Source: Eledone cirrhosa (taxonomy: Eukaryota). From it: a stretch of 64,000 nt of DNA. The notes under the pieces were generated by a model that saw only the letters and a program-made list of their open reading frames with translations, ran no database searches and had not been told where the DNA came from. Positions 26,625 through 40,936 of the stretch are shown piece after piece (the first letter of the stretch is position 1; each line of letters opens with the position of its first letter). Location: contig OZ024759.1 of the NCBI GenBank assembly GCA_964016885.1, positions 10,230,001 to 10,294,000 of the forward strand. The letters run 5' to 3'. The translations under genes and the position numbers were made by a program.

Positions 26625-27080
26625 TAGACTGAGATGATTGGGTCATGTGTTGAGGGAGGATAAAAGTGACTGGGTGAGAGGAATAGAATCAGTGATGGAT
26701 GGTGTGAAGAGAAATAGAATGAGGTGGTTGGGTCATGTGTTGAGGGAGGATAAAAGTGACTGGGTGAGAGGAATAGAACCAGTGATGGATGGTGTGAAGA
26801 GAAATGGAATGAGATGGTTGGGTCATGTGTTGAGGGAGGATAAAAGTGACTGGGTGAGAGGAATAGAACCAGTGATGGATGTTGTGAAGAGAAATAGAAT
26901 GAGATGGTTGGGTCATGTGTTGAGGGAGGATAAAAGTGACTGGGTGAGGAATAGAACCAGTGATGGATGTTGTGAAGAGAAATGGAATGAGATGGTTGGG
27001 TCATGTGTTGAGGGAGGATGAAGTTGACTGAGTGATAGAAGTGATGAAAATCAATATGGAGAAGGCACCAGAAGAAACTG
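26625..27080 (+). mobile_element. RTE C-terminal fragment with 90-bp in-frame tandem amplification
   Basis: (RNRMRWLGHVLREDKSDWVRGIEPVMDGVK) x ~4. Confidence 0.75.
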
Positions 27081-27165
27081 ATTAGTGATGGCTGCCTTCT
27101 TCTGTGTGAGTTTGTTGTTTCTTGTCACCCTTTCACTTGTTCTATTCTTGTCTTTGATATTTCAG

Positions 27166-27292
27166 CGAAAGCAAGCCGAGTGCTAAAGTAACTGGTAAGG
27201 AACATTTAGTTTTCACAGACCAAGAGAGCACCTTGTACCATTTTGTTATCGAAGGAAGCACAATCACAGATGTCTCTAAACTTCCTGTGGAG
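27166..27292 (+). CDS. WDR11: WDR11 exon I
   Basis: ttcag|C..GAG|gtatgt; KEHLVFTDQESTLYHFVIEGSTITDVSKLPVE; phase 2->0. Confidence 0.92.
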
Positions 27293-27378
27293 GTATGTTA
27301 ACTTCTTACATTAACAGATTAAATTACTCTCTATGTGTTCACGGAGCAGTAACTTCTCTATTTTACATACATTTATAA

Positions 27379-28064
27379 TCTTTATATATATAAAAGCGAG
27401 GATGTGTGTGTGTCTGTGTACAACTTTGCATACTTAAGGCTTTTACAATTACCAACTGAATTTGACCAAATTTTCTGTGCACGTTGCACAGGTCGTTAAG
27501 ATTGTCACATCACAAACATTTTTCAAATCGACCCATGTTGAGCAATAAAAAATCAATATCAAGATTATCGGTAGAAAAATTGATGTAAGGGAGATAAACT
27601 TTATTGCCAATCCTTATAAAAAAGGGAGATAACCAACTTTTCAGAAATATAAACATCACATTCATTTGAACAACTTTTTGTACTTTAGCAAAACTGGCTG
27701 TTTTTTTACAGATTTGCAACGTGTATTTTCTTTAATCATTTGTATAATTACATCCTGTTCAGTGTTTTCCTTCATTATCAGCATAGTTTTATGTGTACAA
27801 AGATTGTACTAAATATTCGTTTGCATTAATTATTGAAGACTGTCAAGGTTAACTTTGCCTTTCATCCTTACGGGGTCGATAAAATAAAGTACCAGTAATC
27901 TACTGGGTAATTTCTGGCCTTGTGCCAAAAGTAGAAACAATTAATTATTGAAGACTTCTGCTTATTTTGACAGGTTGGGGACAAATAATGTTCTTCTTTT
28001 ACTTCCTAGCTGTATACTCTTAGCATAATTTCAAACCCCGAGCAACGCCGGGTAAATCTGCTAG
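27379..28064 (+). mobile_element. Non-autonomous Helitron
   Basis: A|TC 5' end; hairpin cccgagcaacgccggg; CTAG|T 3' end. Confidence 0.8.
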
Positions 28065-28161
28065 TGTAATATATATATATTGTAGATCCAGTAGATAATA
28101 TATATATTGAGATACTTTATTATTAATATCATTATTATTATTATTATTATTATTATGGTGG

Positions 28162-28197
<36 letters not shown>

Positions 28198-28419
28198 TTG
28201 GAGGGTGATGGATTGGCAGTATTGGTAGAGCGACAGACACCATGCTTCGCAGCATAAAGTTACGACCCTTTATGTTCTGAGTTCAAATCCCGCCGAGGTT
28301 AGCTTTGCCTTTCATCCTTACGGGGTCGATAAAATAAAGCACCAGTAATGCACTGGTGTCGATTTAATCGACTTTCCCCTCGCCTTCAAATTGTTGGGCT
28401 TGTGCCTAAAGTAGAAAAA

Positions 28420-28473
<54 letters not shown>

Positions 28474-28844
28474 GTGTTTTGGGATAAACGGACATATTAT
28501 CAAATTGCTGTGAGAGAAATTGGATTTTTTTTTTCTATATTGGATGAAAATTCTTTCTTTTTTTTTTTCTGGATTATTTTGGAAACAGGGAAGTTCGGAA
28601 TGTCTGGATATCTATTCCAACACTTCCAATACCTGGAATAGACTCAAGGTCTGTCTTTTAGACATTATTTTGGTGTTTTTTTTATAATTCCTCAAAATTC
28701 TCCTACAGCCTCTTCTATGAGTGAGATTGGAAGAGGTACTAACCAGACAGAACACAGCACTGAATACATTCCACTACATCACATAACAAATGAAGCATTT
28801 CACTACATGAAAATAAAGCTTTTACTTAGACACAGAAGCCCCCA

Positions 28845-29730
28845 CATCTTGAGACACATGAGGCAGCCAAAGTGTTCCAATGACCACCACGGTCAGTTAC
28901 ATCCCATGTCTTGAGATACATGAGGCAGCCAAAGTGTTCCAATGACCACAGTCAGTTACATCTATCAATACATCCCATGTCTTGAGACACACGAGGCAGC
29001 CAAAGTGCTCTAATGACCACAGTCAGTTACATCTATCAATACATCCCATGTCTTGAGACACACGAGGCAGCCAAAGTGCTCCAATGACCATGGTCAGTTA
29101 CATCTATCAATACATCCCATGTCTTGAGACACACGAGGCAGCCAAAGTGCTCCAATGACCATGGTCAGTTACATCTATCAATACATCCCATGTCTTGAGA
29201 CACACAAGGCAGCCAAAGTGCTCCAATGACCATGGTCAGTTACATCTATCAATACATCCCATGTCTTGAGACACACGAGGCAGCCAAAGTGCTCCAATGA
29301 CCATGGTCAGTTACATCTATCAATACATCCCATGTCTTGAGACACACGAGACAACCAATGACCACTACGGTCAGTTACATCTATCAATACATCCCATGTC
29401 TTGAGACATACGAGGCAGCCAAAGTGCTCTAATGACCACAGTCAGTTACATCTATCAATACATCCCATGTCTTGAGACACATGAGGCAGCCAAAGTGTTC
29501 CAATGACCATGGTCAGTTACATCTATCAATACATCCCATGTCTTGAGACACATGAGGCAGCCAAAGTGTCCCAATGACCACCACAGTCAGTTACATCTAT
29601 CAATACATCCCATGTCTTGAGACACACAAGGCAGCCAAAGTGCTCCAATGACCACCACAGTCAGTTACATCTATCAATACATCCCATGTCTTGAGACACA
29701 CGAGACAACCAATGACCACTACGGTCAGTT
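28845..29730. repeat. 71-bp minisatellite (~12 units)
   Basis: catcccatgtcttgagacacacgaggcagccaaagtg.. repeated. Confidence 0.92.
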
Positions 29731-31354
29731 GCAACTATCTATAAATCGTTCCAACTTTTGTTGACAGGTTTCAGGTCCTCGTCCTTTGTCTGCCACCAGT
29801 TTATCTTGGGATGTCCTCTGCACCTGTTTCCATGGAGTTACCAAGACAGGACTCGAATAGCATGTCTCTCAGGGGTTGTATGACCTGTCCCAACCAAGTC
29901 AACACAGGTTCATGATGTTAGACACATTGTTCCAACTTGATTGTGTGCTGCCAGTTCATCTTGGGACATCCTCTGCCTTTTTCCTTGGATGGGTTGGAGG
30001 GGTGGTACCAATACAGGACCTGATTAGCATGTCTCTTGGGAGCCGTATTACCTGTCCCAACCTGCCAAGTCAACAATTACACAGAGTAAAGTAGGTGCAG
30101 TCATGGTTGTGTGGTTAAAGTGTTTAACTTCAGGCACATTGGGTAAACCTCCCCCATGTTGGTGATTTGCAGCCATATTGGGCTAACCTCCCTCGTGTTG
30201 GTGATTTGCAACCATATTGGGTTAACCTCTCTCGTGTTGGTGATTTGCAGCCATATTGGGCTAACCTCCCTCATGTTGGTGATTACACGATAACTGCACC
30301 CAGTGCACTCTGTAAAGTGGTTGGTGATAGGAAGGGTATCTAGCCTTAGAAAACCTATCAAATAAAGAGTTGGGAGGCCTCTTCATCTTTGTTAAGGACC
30401 TGTGGAAGACCTACAGTCACTCAACCCCCTAATGTTGTCCAAGACTACAGTTTGGCACTAGTGATGTCATGACTCATACATTTCACATTATATACATTAT
30501 ATACACATTATATACTCTATATATACATTATATACACTATATATACATTATATACACTATATACACTATATATACACTATATATACATTATATACACTAT
30601 ATACACATTATATACTCTATATATACATTATATACATTATATACACTATATATACATTATATACATTATATACACTATATATACATTATATACATTATAC
30701 ATACATTATATATACTTTATATACAATATTTATACATTAAATACATTATATATACATATATACATTATATATACACTATATATACATTATATACATTATA
30801 TATACATTATATATAAACTATATATATACACTATATATACATTATATATACACTATATATACATTATATATACACTATATATACATTATATATAAACTAT
30901 ATATATACACTATATATACATTATATATACACTATATATACACTATATATACATTATATATACTATATATATGTTGTCCAAAAGAAAGGCAAAGCCTATT
31001 ACAGCATGGCCCCAGTGACATTACAACTCATTTGTTCCAGCTGAGTTAAGTGGAGCTACATGAAATAAAGTGTCTTGCTCAAGGTACAATGCACCACCCA
31101 GTCCATGAGTCAAACACACAACCCTACAGGTGTGAACTCAACACTTTCACCATTAAGTCACATGCCTACTAACAACAATAGTAACTACCCAAGCTTGTAT
31201 GAATTTAACTAAATTACTAACAGCTGTTTTGCTATAATTACAAGACAAATATCGGTTTTAGGCATGGGTTGAGTCGAGTGAAAGAAAGTTGTAGCAGGGC
31301 AGGGGTTGTTTATGAAGGAGTTTGACAACTTCCTCGAGGAATTTATCAAAATAG

Positions 31355-33240
31355 TCATGTAGGTGTCATAACAAAAAGCACCCAGTCCACACTGTAGCGT
31401 GATTGTGTAGGTATCACAACAAAAACACCCAGTCCACACTGTAAAGTGGTCGTGTAAGAGTCACGACAAAAAGCCCCCAGTCCACACTGTAAAGTGGTCA
31501 TGTTGGTGACACGATAAAAAGCCCCCAGTCCACACTGTAAAGTGGTCGTGTAAGAGTCACGACAAAAAGCCCCCAGTCCACACTGTAAAGTGGTCGTGTA
31601 AGAGTCACGACAAAAAGCCCCCAGTCCACACTGTAAAGTGGTCGTGTAGGAGTCACGACAAAAAGCCCCCAGTCTACACTGTAAAGTGGTCGTGTAAGAG
31701 TCACGACAAAAAGCCCCCAGTCCACACTGTAAAGTGGTCGTGTAAGAGTCACAACAAAAAGTACCCAGTCTACACTGTAAAGTGGTCATGTTGGTGACAC
31801 GATAAAAAGCCCCCAGTCCACACTGTAAAGTGGTCGTGTAAGAGTCACAACAAAAAGCACCCAGTCTACACTGTAAAGTGGTCATATAGGTGTCACAACA
31901 AAAAGTACCCAGTCCACACTGTAAAGTGGTCATGTTGGTGTCACAACAAAAAGCACCCAGTCCACACTGTAAAGTGGTCATATAGGTCTCACAACAAAAA
32001 GTACCCAGTCCACACTGTAAAGTGGTCATGTTGGTGTCACAACAAAAAGCACCCAGTCCACACTGTAAAGTGGTCATGTTGGTGTCACAACAAAAAGCAC
32101 CCAGTCCACACTGTAAAGTGGTCATATAGGTGTCACAACAAAAAGTACCCAGTCTACACTGTAAAGTGGTCATGTTGGTGTCACAACAAAAAGCACCCAG
32201 TCTACACTGTAAAGTGGTCATGTTGGTGTCACAACAAAAAGTACCCATTCTACACTGTAAAGTGGTCATGTTGGTGACACGATAAAAAGCCCCCAGTCCA
32301 CACTGTAAAGTGGTCATGTAAGAGTCACAACAAAAAGTACCCAGTACACACTGTAAAGTGGTCATATAGGTGTCACAACAAAAAGTACCCAGTCCACACT
32401 GTAAAGTGGTCATGTTGGTGACACGATAAAAAGCCCCCAGTCCACACTGTAAAGTGGTCATATAGGTGTCACAACAAAAAGTACCCAGTCCACACTGTAA
32501 AGTGGTCATGTTGGTGTCACAACAAAAAGCACCCAGTCCACACTGTAAAGTGGTCATATAGGTGTCACAACAAAAAGTACCCAGTCCACACTGTAAAGGG
32601 GTCATGTTGGTGTCACAACAAAAAGCACCCAGTCCACACTGTAAAGTGGTCATATAGGTGTCACAACAAAAAGTACCCAGTCCACACTGTAAAGTGGTCA
32701 TGTTGGTGTCACAACAAAAAGCACCCAGTCCACACTGTAAAGTGGTCATGTTGGTGTCACAACAAAAAGCACCCAGTCCACACTGTAAAGTGGTCATATA
32801 GGTGTCACAACAAAAAGTACCCAGTCTACACTGTAAAGTGGTCATGTTGGTGTCACAACAAAAAGCACCCAGTCCACACTGTAAAGTGGTCATGTTGGTG
32901 TCACAACAAAAAGCACCCAGTCTACACTGTAAAGTGGTCATATAGGTGTCACAACAAAAAGCACCCGGCCCTCACTGTAAAGTGGTCATGTTGGTGACAT
33001 GACAAAAAGCACCCAGTCCACACTGTAAGGTGGTTATATAGGTTTCATGACAGAAAGCACCCAGTACTCACTGTAAATGGGGCTGGCATTAGGAAGGGCA
33101 TCCAGCTGTAGAAAACAAGCCAAAATCAATTCTGTTAGAGCAGGACATGGTCACCTGACCTAGCATTGCCCACAACAGGACAACAGGTCTAACCCATGCT
33201 TGCATGGAAGATGGACATAAAACGGTGATGATGATGATGT
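31355..33240 (+). repeat. 48-bp array (~35 units) inside a SINE/RTE 3' region
   Basis: cacccagtccacactgtaaagtggtc units, then ggaagggcatccagc and (gat)n tail. Confidence 0.9.
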
Positions 33241-33270
33241 GTAAGGAGGCTAGTGCTACAACACATATTA

Positions 33271-34044
33271 CAGAGGTTCTCAAACTTTTGGGGCCAGCCC
33301 CACACCCTCGTCTTGGCCACATAATACCTTTAGCCCCCCCCCCCCCAACCCTATTTCCAGAGGGACCTGCCTACATGCAAATTGTAAAAAATTATATAAA
33401 TAAAATCATTAATTTATATATAATAAATAATATATATATACTATGTATAAATAAATATATATTCTTTTTATTTTACTATATCTATATACAATATGTATCA
33501 TTTGATATTTAATATACTATTATATCATTTCTACCACCCCCTAGACATTCCTAACGCCCCCTGCTTCCCAACGCTCCTAGACCTTCCCAATGCTCCTGGA
33601 CCTTCCCAACGTTCCTGGACCTTCCCAACGCCCCCTGGACCTTCTCAACGCCCCCTGGACCTTCCCAATGCTCCTGGACCTTCCCAACGTTCCTGGACCT
33701 TCCCAACGTTCCTGGACCTTCCCAACGCCCCCTGGACCTTCTCAACGCCCCTGGACCTTCCCAATGCCTCCTGGATCTTCCCAATGCTCCATGGACCTTC
33801 CCAATGCCTCATGGATCTTCCCAATGCCTCCTGGACCTTGCCAACGCTCCCTGGACCTTGCCAACGCTCCCTGGACCTTCCCAACGCCCCCTGGACCTTC
33901 CTAACGCCCCTTGGACTTTCCTAACGCCCCCTATACCTTCCCAACACTCACTGGACCTTCCTAACGCTCCCTGGACCTTCCTAACGCCTCCTGGACCTTC
34001 CCAACGCCCCCTGGGGACAGTAGGGCCCACTTTGAGAACCAACA
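33271..34044. mobile_element. hAT-like MITE with ~20-bp internal array
   Basis: Ends cagaggttctcaaa/tttgagaacc; cctggaccttcccaacgc repeats; TSD unclear. Confidence 0.6.
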
Positions 34045-34179
34045 TAACGGGAGGGTCACAGTAAGTGGATATAGAGCAGGATGGGGATAAGAATGGTGGA
34101 GCATGCCAGAAAGTGCAACTGTTACATGTGTAGAGGTGAGAGGGTCCCAGGTAGCTGGGAAAGGGCAGAGAATTGGTAG

Positions 34180-34925
34180 ACAACAACAACAACAGCTGCA
34201 ATAACAACAACAACTGCAACTGCAGTAACGACAACAACAACAGTTGCAGTAACAACAACAACAACAACAACAACAACAGCTGCAGTAACAACAACAGTTG
34301 CAGTAACAACAACAACAACAGTTGCAGTAACAACAACAACAGCTGCAGTAACAACAACAACAGCTGCAGTAACAACAACAACAGTTGCAGTAACAACAAC
34401 AGTTGCAGTAACAACAACAACAACAGTTGCAGTAACAACAACAGTTGCAGTAACAACAACAACAACAGTTGCAGTAACAACAACAACAGCTGCAGTAACA
34501 ACAACAACAACAACAGTTGCAGTAACAACAACAGTTGCAGTAACAACAACAACAACAGTTGCAGTAACAACAACAACAACAGTTGCAGTAACAACAACAA
34601 CAGCTACAGTAACAACAACAACAACAACAGTTGCAGTAACAACAACAACAACAACAACAACAACAGTTGCAGTAACAACAACAACAACAACAACAACAGC
34701 TGCAGTAACAACAACAACAACAGCTGCAGTAACAACAACAACAACAGCTGCAGTAACAACAACAACAGCTGCAGTAACAACAACAACAGTTGCAGTAACA
34801 ACAACAACAGCTGCAGTAACAACAACAACAGCTGCAGTAACAACAACAACAACAGTTGCAGTAACAACAACAACAACAGTTGCAGTAACAACAACAACAA
34901 CAGTTGCAGTAACAACAACAACATA
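34180..34925. repeat. (AAC)n microsatellite with periodic AGYTGCAGT interruptions
   Basis: Direct reading. Confidence 0.92.
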
Positions 34926-35191
34926 TGCTAAAGCTGCCATCTTCAATGCAATGCCAGTTGCTCCAATGAGAGAAAGGAACCTTGTTTTAATTTAGATAGA
35001 AACTCTTTAAAATTGGGATTTTGTTTCTTAGAATCAGAGCTGCTTTTCACTGTTTGTGTTGACCCCGATTTTTGACTTGTATTGACCCCGATTCTTCACC
35101 GTACTAAATGTCGCAAAACATTTTGTCCAGCATTCTCATAATCCTGCCAACTCACTGACCTTCACTATAAAACCAATGATTATTATTATTT

Positions 35192-35960
35192 ATGGCAGTA
35201 TCGGTAGAGGGTCGGACGCCATGCTTTCTAGCATAGAGTTACGTCCCTTTACGATCTGAGTTCAAATCCCGCCGAGGTTGACTTTACCTTTCATCCTTAC
35301 GGGGTCGATAAAATAAAGTACCAGTAATGCACTGGATAATTGCTGGCCTTGTGCCTAAAGTAGAAACAATTATTATTTATGGCGGTGAATTGGCAGTATC
35401 GGTAGAGGGTCGGACACCATGCTTTCTAGCATAGAGTTACGTCCCTTTACGGCCTGAGTTCAAATCCCGCCGAGGTTGACTTTGCCTTTCATCCTTACGG
35501 GGTCGATAAAATAAAGTACCAGTAATGCACTGGGTAATTGCTGGCCTTGTGCCTAAAGTAGAAACAATTATTATTTATGGCGGTGAATTGGCAGTATCGG
35601 TAGAGGGTCGGACACCATGCTTTCTAGCATAGAGTTACGTCCCTTTACGGCCTGAGTTCAAATCCCGCCGATGTTAACTTTGCCTTTCAACCCTCACGGG
35701 GGTCGATATAAAATAAAGTACCAGTAATGTACTGCGTAATTGCTGGCCTTGTGCCAAAAGTAGAAACAATTATTTATGTGGAGCAGTGGATTGGCAGATT
35801 CAGTAGAGCATCAGACTTTTGTGGTATTTAGTTACAACCCTTTTCATTCTGAGTTCAAATTCTGCCAAAGTCAATTTTGCTTTTTATCCTTTCGGGATCA
35901 ATAACATAAAGTACTGGGATTAATGTAATCAACTCTACCCCTTCCCTCAAATTACTGGCC
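35192..35960 (+). mobile_element. Four head-to-tail Nin-domain SINEs
   Basis: tggcagtatcggtagag..gagttcaaatccc..ttcatccttacggggtcgataaaataaagtaccag repeated at ~190-200 bp spacing. Confidence 0.88.
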
Positions 35961-38960
35961 TTGTGCCTAAATCCCTTCCCACAAATTACTGACCTTGTGC
36001 CTAAACCCCTTCCCACAAATTACTGACCTTGTGCCTAAACCCCTTCCCTCAAATTACTGGCCTTGTGCCTAAACCCCTTCCCACAAATTACTGACCTTGT
36101 GCCTAAACCCCTTCCCACAAATTACTGACCTTGTGCTTAAACCCCTTCCCTCAAATTACTGACCTTGTGCCTAAACCCCTTCCCACAAATTACTGACCTT
36201 GTGCCTAAACCCCTTCCCACAAATTACTGACCTTGTGCTTAAACCCCTTCCCTCAAATTACTGACCTTGTGCCTAAACCCCTTCCCTCAAATTACTGACC
36301 TTGTGCCTAAACCCCTTCCCTCAAATTACTGACCTTGTGCCTAAACCCCTTCCCACAAATTACTGACCTTGTGCCTAAACCCCTTCCCTCAAATTACTGA
36401 CCTTGTGCCTAAACCCCTTCCCTCAAATTACTGACCTTGTGCCTAAACCCCTTCCCTCAAATTACTGACCTTGTGCCTAAACCCCTTCCCACAAATTACT
36501 GACCTTGTGCCTAAACCCCTTCCCTCAAATTACTGACCTTGTGCCTAAACCCCTTCCCTCAAATTACTGACCTTGTGCCTAAACCCCTTCCCTCAAATTA
36601 CTGACCTTGTGCCTAAACCCCTTCCCTCAAATTACTGACCTTGTGCCTAAACCCCTTCCCTCAAATTACTGACCTTGTGCCTAAACCCCTTCCCACAAAT
36701 TACTGACCTTGTGCCTAAACCCCTTCCCTCAAATTACTGACCTTGTGCCTAAACCCCTTCCCTCAAATTACTGACCTTGTGCCTAAACCCCTTCCCTCAA
36801 ATTACTGACCTTGTGCCTAAACCCCTTCCCTCAAATTACTGACCTTGTGCCTAAACCCCTTCCCTCAAATTACTGACCTTGTGCCTAAACCCCTTCCCAC
36901 AAATTACTGACCTTGTGCCTAAACCCCTTCCCTCAAATTACTGACCTTGTGCCTAAACCCCTTCCCTCAAATTACTGACCTTGTGCCTAAACCCCTTCCC
37001 TCAAATTACTGACCTTGTGCCTAAACCCCTTCCCTCAAATTACTGACCTTGTGCCTAAACCCCTTCCCTCAAATTACTGACCTTGTGCCTAAACCCCTTC
37101 CCACAAATTACTGACCTTGTGCCTAAACCCCTTCCCTCAGATTACTGACCTTGTGCCTAAACCCCTTCCCTCAAATTACTGACCTTGTGCCTAAACCCCT
37201 TCCCTCAAATTACTGACCTTGTGCCTAAACCCCTTCCCTCAAATTACTGACCTTGTGCCTAAACCCCTTCCCTCAAATTACTGACCTTGTGCCTAAACCC
37301 CTTCCCACAAATTACTGACCTTGTGCCTAAACCCCTTCCCTCAAATTACTGACCTTGTGCCTAAACCCCTTCCCACAAATTACTGACCTTGTGCCTAAAC
37401 CCCTTCCCACAAATTACTGACCTTGTGCCTAAACCCCTTCCCACAAATTACTGACCTTGTGCCTAAACCCCTTCCCACAAATTACTGACCTTGTGCCTAA
37501 ACCTCTTCCCTCAAATTACTGACCTTGTGCCTAAACCCCTTCCCTCAAATTACTGACATTGTGCCTAAACCCCTTCCCTCAAATTACTGACATTGTGCCT
37601 AAACCCCTTCCCTCAAATTACTGACCTTGTGCCTAAACCCCTTCCCTCAAATTACTGACCTTGTGCCTAAACCCCTTCCCACAAATTACTGACCTTGTGC
37701 CTAAACCCCTTCCCTCAAATTACTGACCTTGTGCCTAAACCCCTTCCCACAAATTACTGACCTTGTGCCTAAACCCCTTCCCTCAAATTACTGACCTTGT
37801 GCCTAAACCCCTTCCCTCAAATTACTGACCTTGTGCCTAAACCCCTTCCCTCAAATTACTGACCTTGTGCCTAAACCCCTTCCCACAAATTACTGACCTT
37901 GTGCCTAAACCCCTTCCCTCAAATTACTGACCTTGTGCCTAAACCCCTTCCCACAAATTACTGACCTTGTGCCTAAACCCCTTCCCTCAAATTACTGACC
38001 TTGTGCCTAAACCCCTTCCCTCAAATTACTGACCTTGTGCCTAAACCCCTTCCCACAAATTACTGACCTTGTGCCTAAACCCCTTCCCTCAAATTACTGA
38101 CCTTGTGCCTAAACCCCTTCCCACAAATTACTGACCTTGTGCCTAAACCCCTTCCCACAAATTACTGACCTTGTGCCTAAACCCCTTCCCACAAATTACT
38201 GACCTCGTGCCTAAACCCCTTCCCTCAAATTACTGACCTTGTGCCTAAACCCCTTCCCACAAATTACTGACCTTGTGCCTAAACCCCTTCCCTCAAATTA
38301 CTGACCTTGTGCCTAAACCCCTTCCCTCAAATTACTGACCTTGTGCCTAAACCCCTTCCCTCAAATTACTGACCTTGTGCCTAAACCCCTTCCCTCAAAT
38401 TACTGACCTTGTGCCTAAACCCCTTCCCACAAATTACTGACCTTGTGCCTAAACCCCTTCCCTCAAATTACTGACCTTGTGCCTAAACCCCTTCCCTCAA
38501 ATTACTGACCTTGTGCCTAAACCCCTTCCCTCAAATTACTGACCTTGTGCCTAAACCCCTTCCCACAAATTACTGACCTTGTGCCTAAACCCCTTCCCTC
38601 AAATTACTGACCTTGTGCCTAAACCCCTTCCCACAAATTACTGACCTTGTGCCTAAACCCCTTCCCTCAAATTACTGACCTTGTGCCTAAACCCCTTCCC
38701 TCAAATTACTGACCTTGTGCCTAAACCCCTTCCCACAAATTACTGACCTTGTGCCTAAACCCCTTCCCTCAAATTACTGACCTTGTGCCTAAACCCCTTC
38801 CCACAAATTACTGACCTTGTGCCTAAACCCCTTCCCACAAATTACTGACCTTGTGCCTAAACCCCTTCCCACAAATTACTGACCTTGTGCCTAAACCCCT
38901 TCCCACACTGACCTGCTGCCTAAATCCCTTCCCGCACTGACCTTATACCTAAACCCCTAA
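35935..38960. repeat. 34-bp satellite (~88 units) derived from the SINE tail
   Basis: aaattactgaccttgtgcctaaaccccttccctc; cf. SINE tail aattgctggccttgtgcctaaa. Confidence 0.95.
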
Positions 38961-38993
38961 TAATTATTTTTATTAATGTGAATTAATTTTCAG

Positions 38994-39100
38994 AGTGGTC
39001 TTAGTATTATAACTTCTTTGGCCTGGAAAAATGACCATCTGGCCTTTGGTGATGTTGATGGTGTCCTGTCAATTTGGGACCTCAAAGGAAGAATATCAAG
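38994..39100 (+). CDS. WDR11: WDR11 exon J
   Basis: tttcag|AGT..AG|gttagt; ITSLAWKNDHLAFGDVDGVLSIWDLKGRISR; phase 0->2. Confidence 0.93.
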
Positions 39101-39295
39101 GTTAGTTCCTCGATATAGTATTTCATTTTATTACATACTAGCAGAAACACCACTATGTATTTTCATGTAAATGGAAAAAAATGATAAACATCTTTAACCA
39201 GCCTTCATGCCTTGTTGGGCTCTCACCTGAAGACATGTATATCATCTAAACATACCCAAGTAAAATTCTATATGTTTTGTATATATTCCTTTCAG

Positions 39296-39416
39296 AACGA
39301 TATCAACTCATAGGTCAGCCATTAAAAAGATACGTTTTGGACCAGGCAAAGCAAATTTGAAGTTTTTCCTCAAGTACAACGACGGCTTAGATATCTACGA
39401 GATAAAAAGTCAAAAG
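39296..39416 (+). CDS. WDR11: WDR11 exon K
   Basis: ttcag|A..AAG|gtaagt; THRSAIKKIRFGPGKANLKFFLKYNDG; phase 2->0. Confidence 0.93.
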
Positions 39417-39592
39417 GTAAGTGAAACATGTCTCATTAAATACTTTCATAGAATATACTTTCTCTCAAATTCTCATTTCTTTATTCTCTCTATTTTCTGT
39501 CATATTCCATCGTAGTGAAGACGATAACTCACAACAACCATAGATTGACAAACACACAAACACACATATAAACAAATGAATATAGGTCCAAG

Positions 39593-39815
39593 TGAAGGCG
39601 TGTGGCTGAGTGGTTAGAGAATTGGATTCGCAATCGTAAGGTTGTGAGTTCGATTCCTGGACCAGGCGATGCGTTATGTCCTTGAGCAAGACACTTTATT
39701 TCACGTTGTTCCTTCTACCTGGAGTTGCGACCGATAGATAGTATTAGCAATTGGAAAGACCAACGGAAACATTGTTCCCTTGGTCCGATTTGACGAAAGT
39801 CGATCGTCTTCCCCC
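39593..39815 (+). mobile_element. CORE-type SINE inserted in a Helitron-like fragment
   Basis: TSD atataggtccaagt on both sides. Confidence 0.82.
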
Positions 39816-40232
39816 CCATATAGGTCCAAGTATGAGAAAAACCTATTCCTGAGTCTAAGGAAGTCACGTGCCAAGTTTGAACATGATTGGTCCACTGGTT
39901 TTTAAGTTCATTGGAGACAAACAGAGAAACAAACGAGCTATTTTATATATAAAGATATATATATATATGTACATCATCATCATTTTACGTCCGCTTTTCC
40001 CTGCTTGCAAGGGTGGGACAGGTCCTATTCAGCACAGCATCTCTCCACTTGTCACGGTCCTTCGTCATCTATGTGAGCTTCAGCAATCTGAGGTCTGCTC
40101 TCACCACCTCCGCCTATGTTTATATATATCTTGTCTGATGATCCTGTGGTAAACAGCCAAAACTCCAAAGTAACAAGACTCACTATTCAGCCATAATAAA
40201 ACGAATATATATATATGTATATATATATATAT

Positions 40233-40570
40233 GGAGGCACATGGCTTAGTGGTTAGAGCATTGGCCTTGCAATCGAAAGGTTGTGAGTTCAATTCTCAGA
40301 CCGGGTGATGTGTTGTTTTCTTGAGCAAGACACTTTATTTCACATTGCTCCAGTTTACTCAGCTGTAGAAATGAGATGATTGGACTGGGGTTCCTATCAT
40401 TCCACTGCAAAGTGGTCGTGGAGATGCCACGGCAAACAAGCACCCAGCACTCACTGTAAATGAGGTTGGTGTTAGGAAGGGCATCCAGCTGTAGAAATCA
40501 AGCCAGAATCAGTTCCCGTCCCACCCTTGCAAGCAGGGAAAAGCGGACATAAAATGACGATGATGATGAC
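40233..40570 (+). mobile_element. Full-length CORE-type SINE (family of 5188-5530)
   Basis: Near-identical by eye. Confidence 0.87.
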
Positions 40571-40936
40571 ATATATATATACATATATAGTGAAAGAGTG
40601 AAGAATAACATGGTCAACAGTACAAAAAGGGTTTTATTTACAGTATTAACAATTGTTTCATTGATTAAGTTGTCTAAAAATTGCTAATCACTTGAAGTTG
40701 TCACTCAATTTTAAATACAATGTATGCTTAACCAAATCATCAGAAAAAACTGTTTAAAATTATACACAGCGTTTGCAAATTCAAATTACAATTTATATAT
40801 ATATAAAGTACCAGTAATGCACTGGGGTTGATTTAACCAACTTCATCCTCCCCCAAAATTGTTGGCCTTGTGCCTAAATCAAAAACCATTATTATTATTG
40901 TTGTTGTTATAACAATTGTTGTTGTTGTTGTTTTAG

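Noticed and set aside
39138-39956. Helitron capturing exon K (ctagcagaaa at 39138, Helitron-like 5' end at 39955)
   Set aside because: No subterminal hairpin at 39138, and exon K is in its normal collinear position; probably unrelated fragments.
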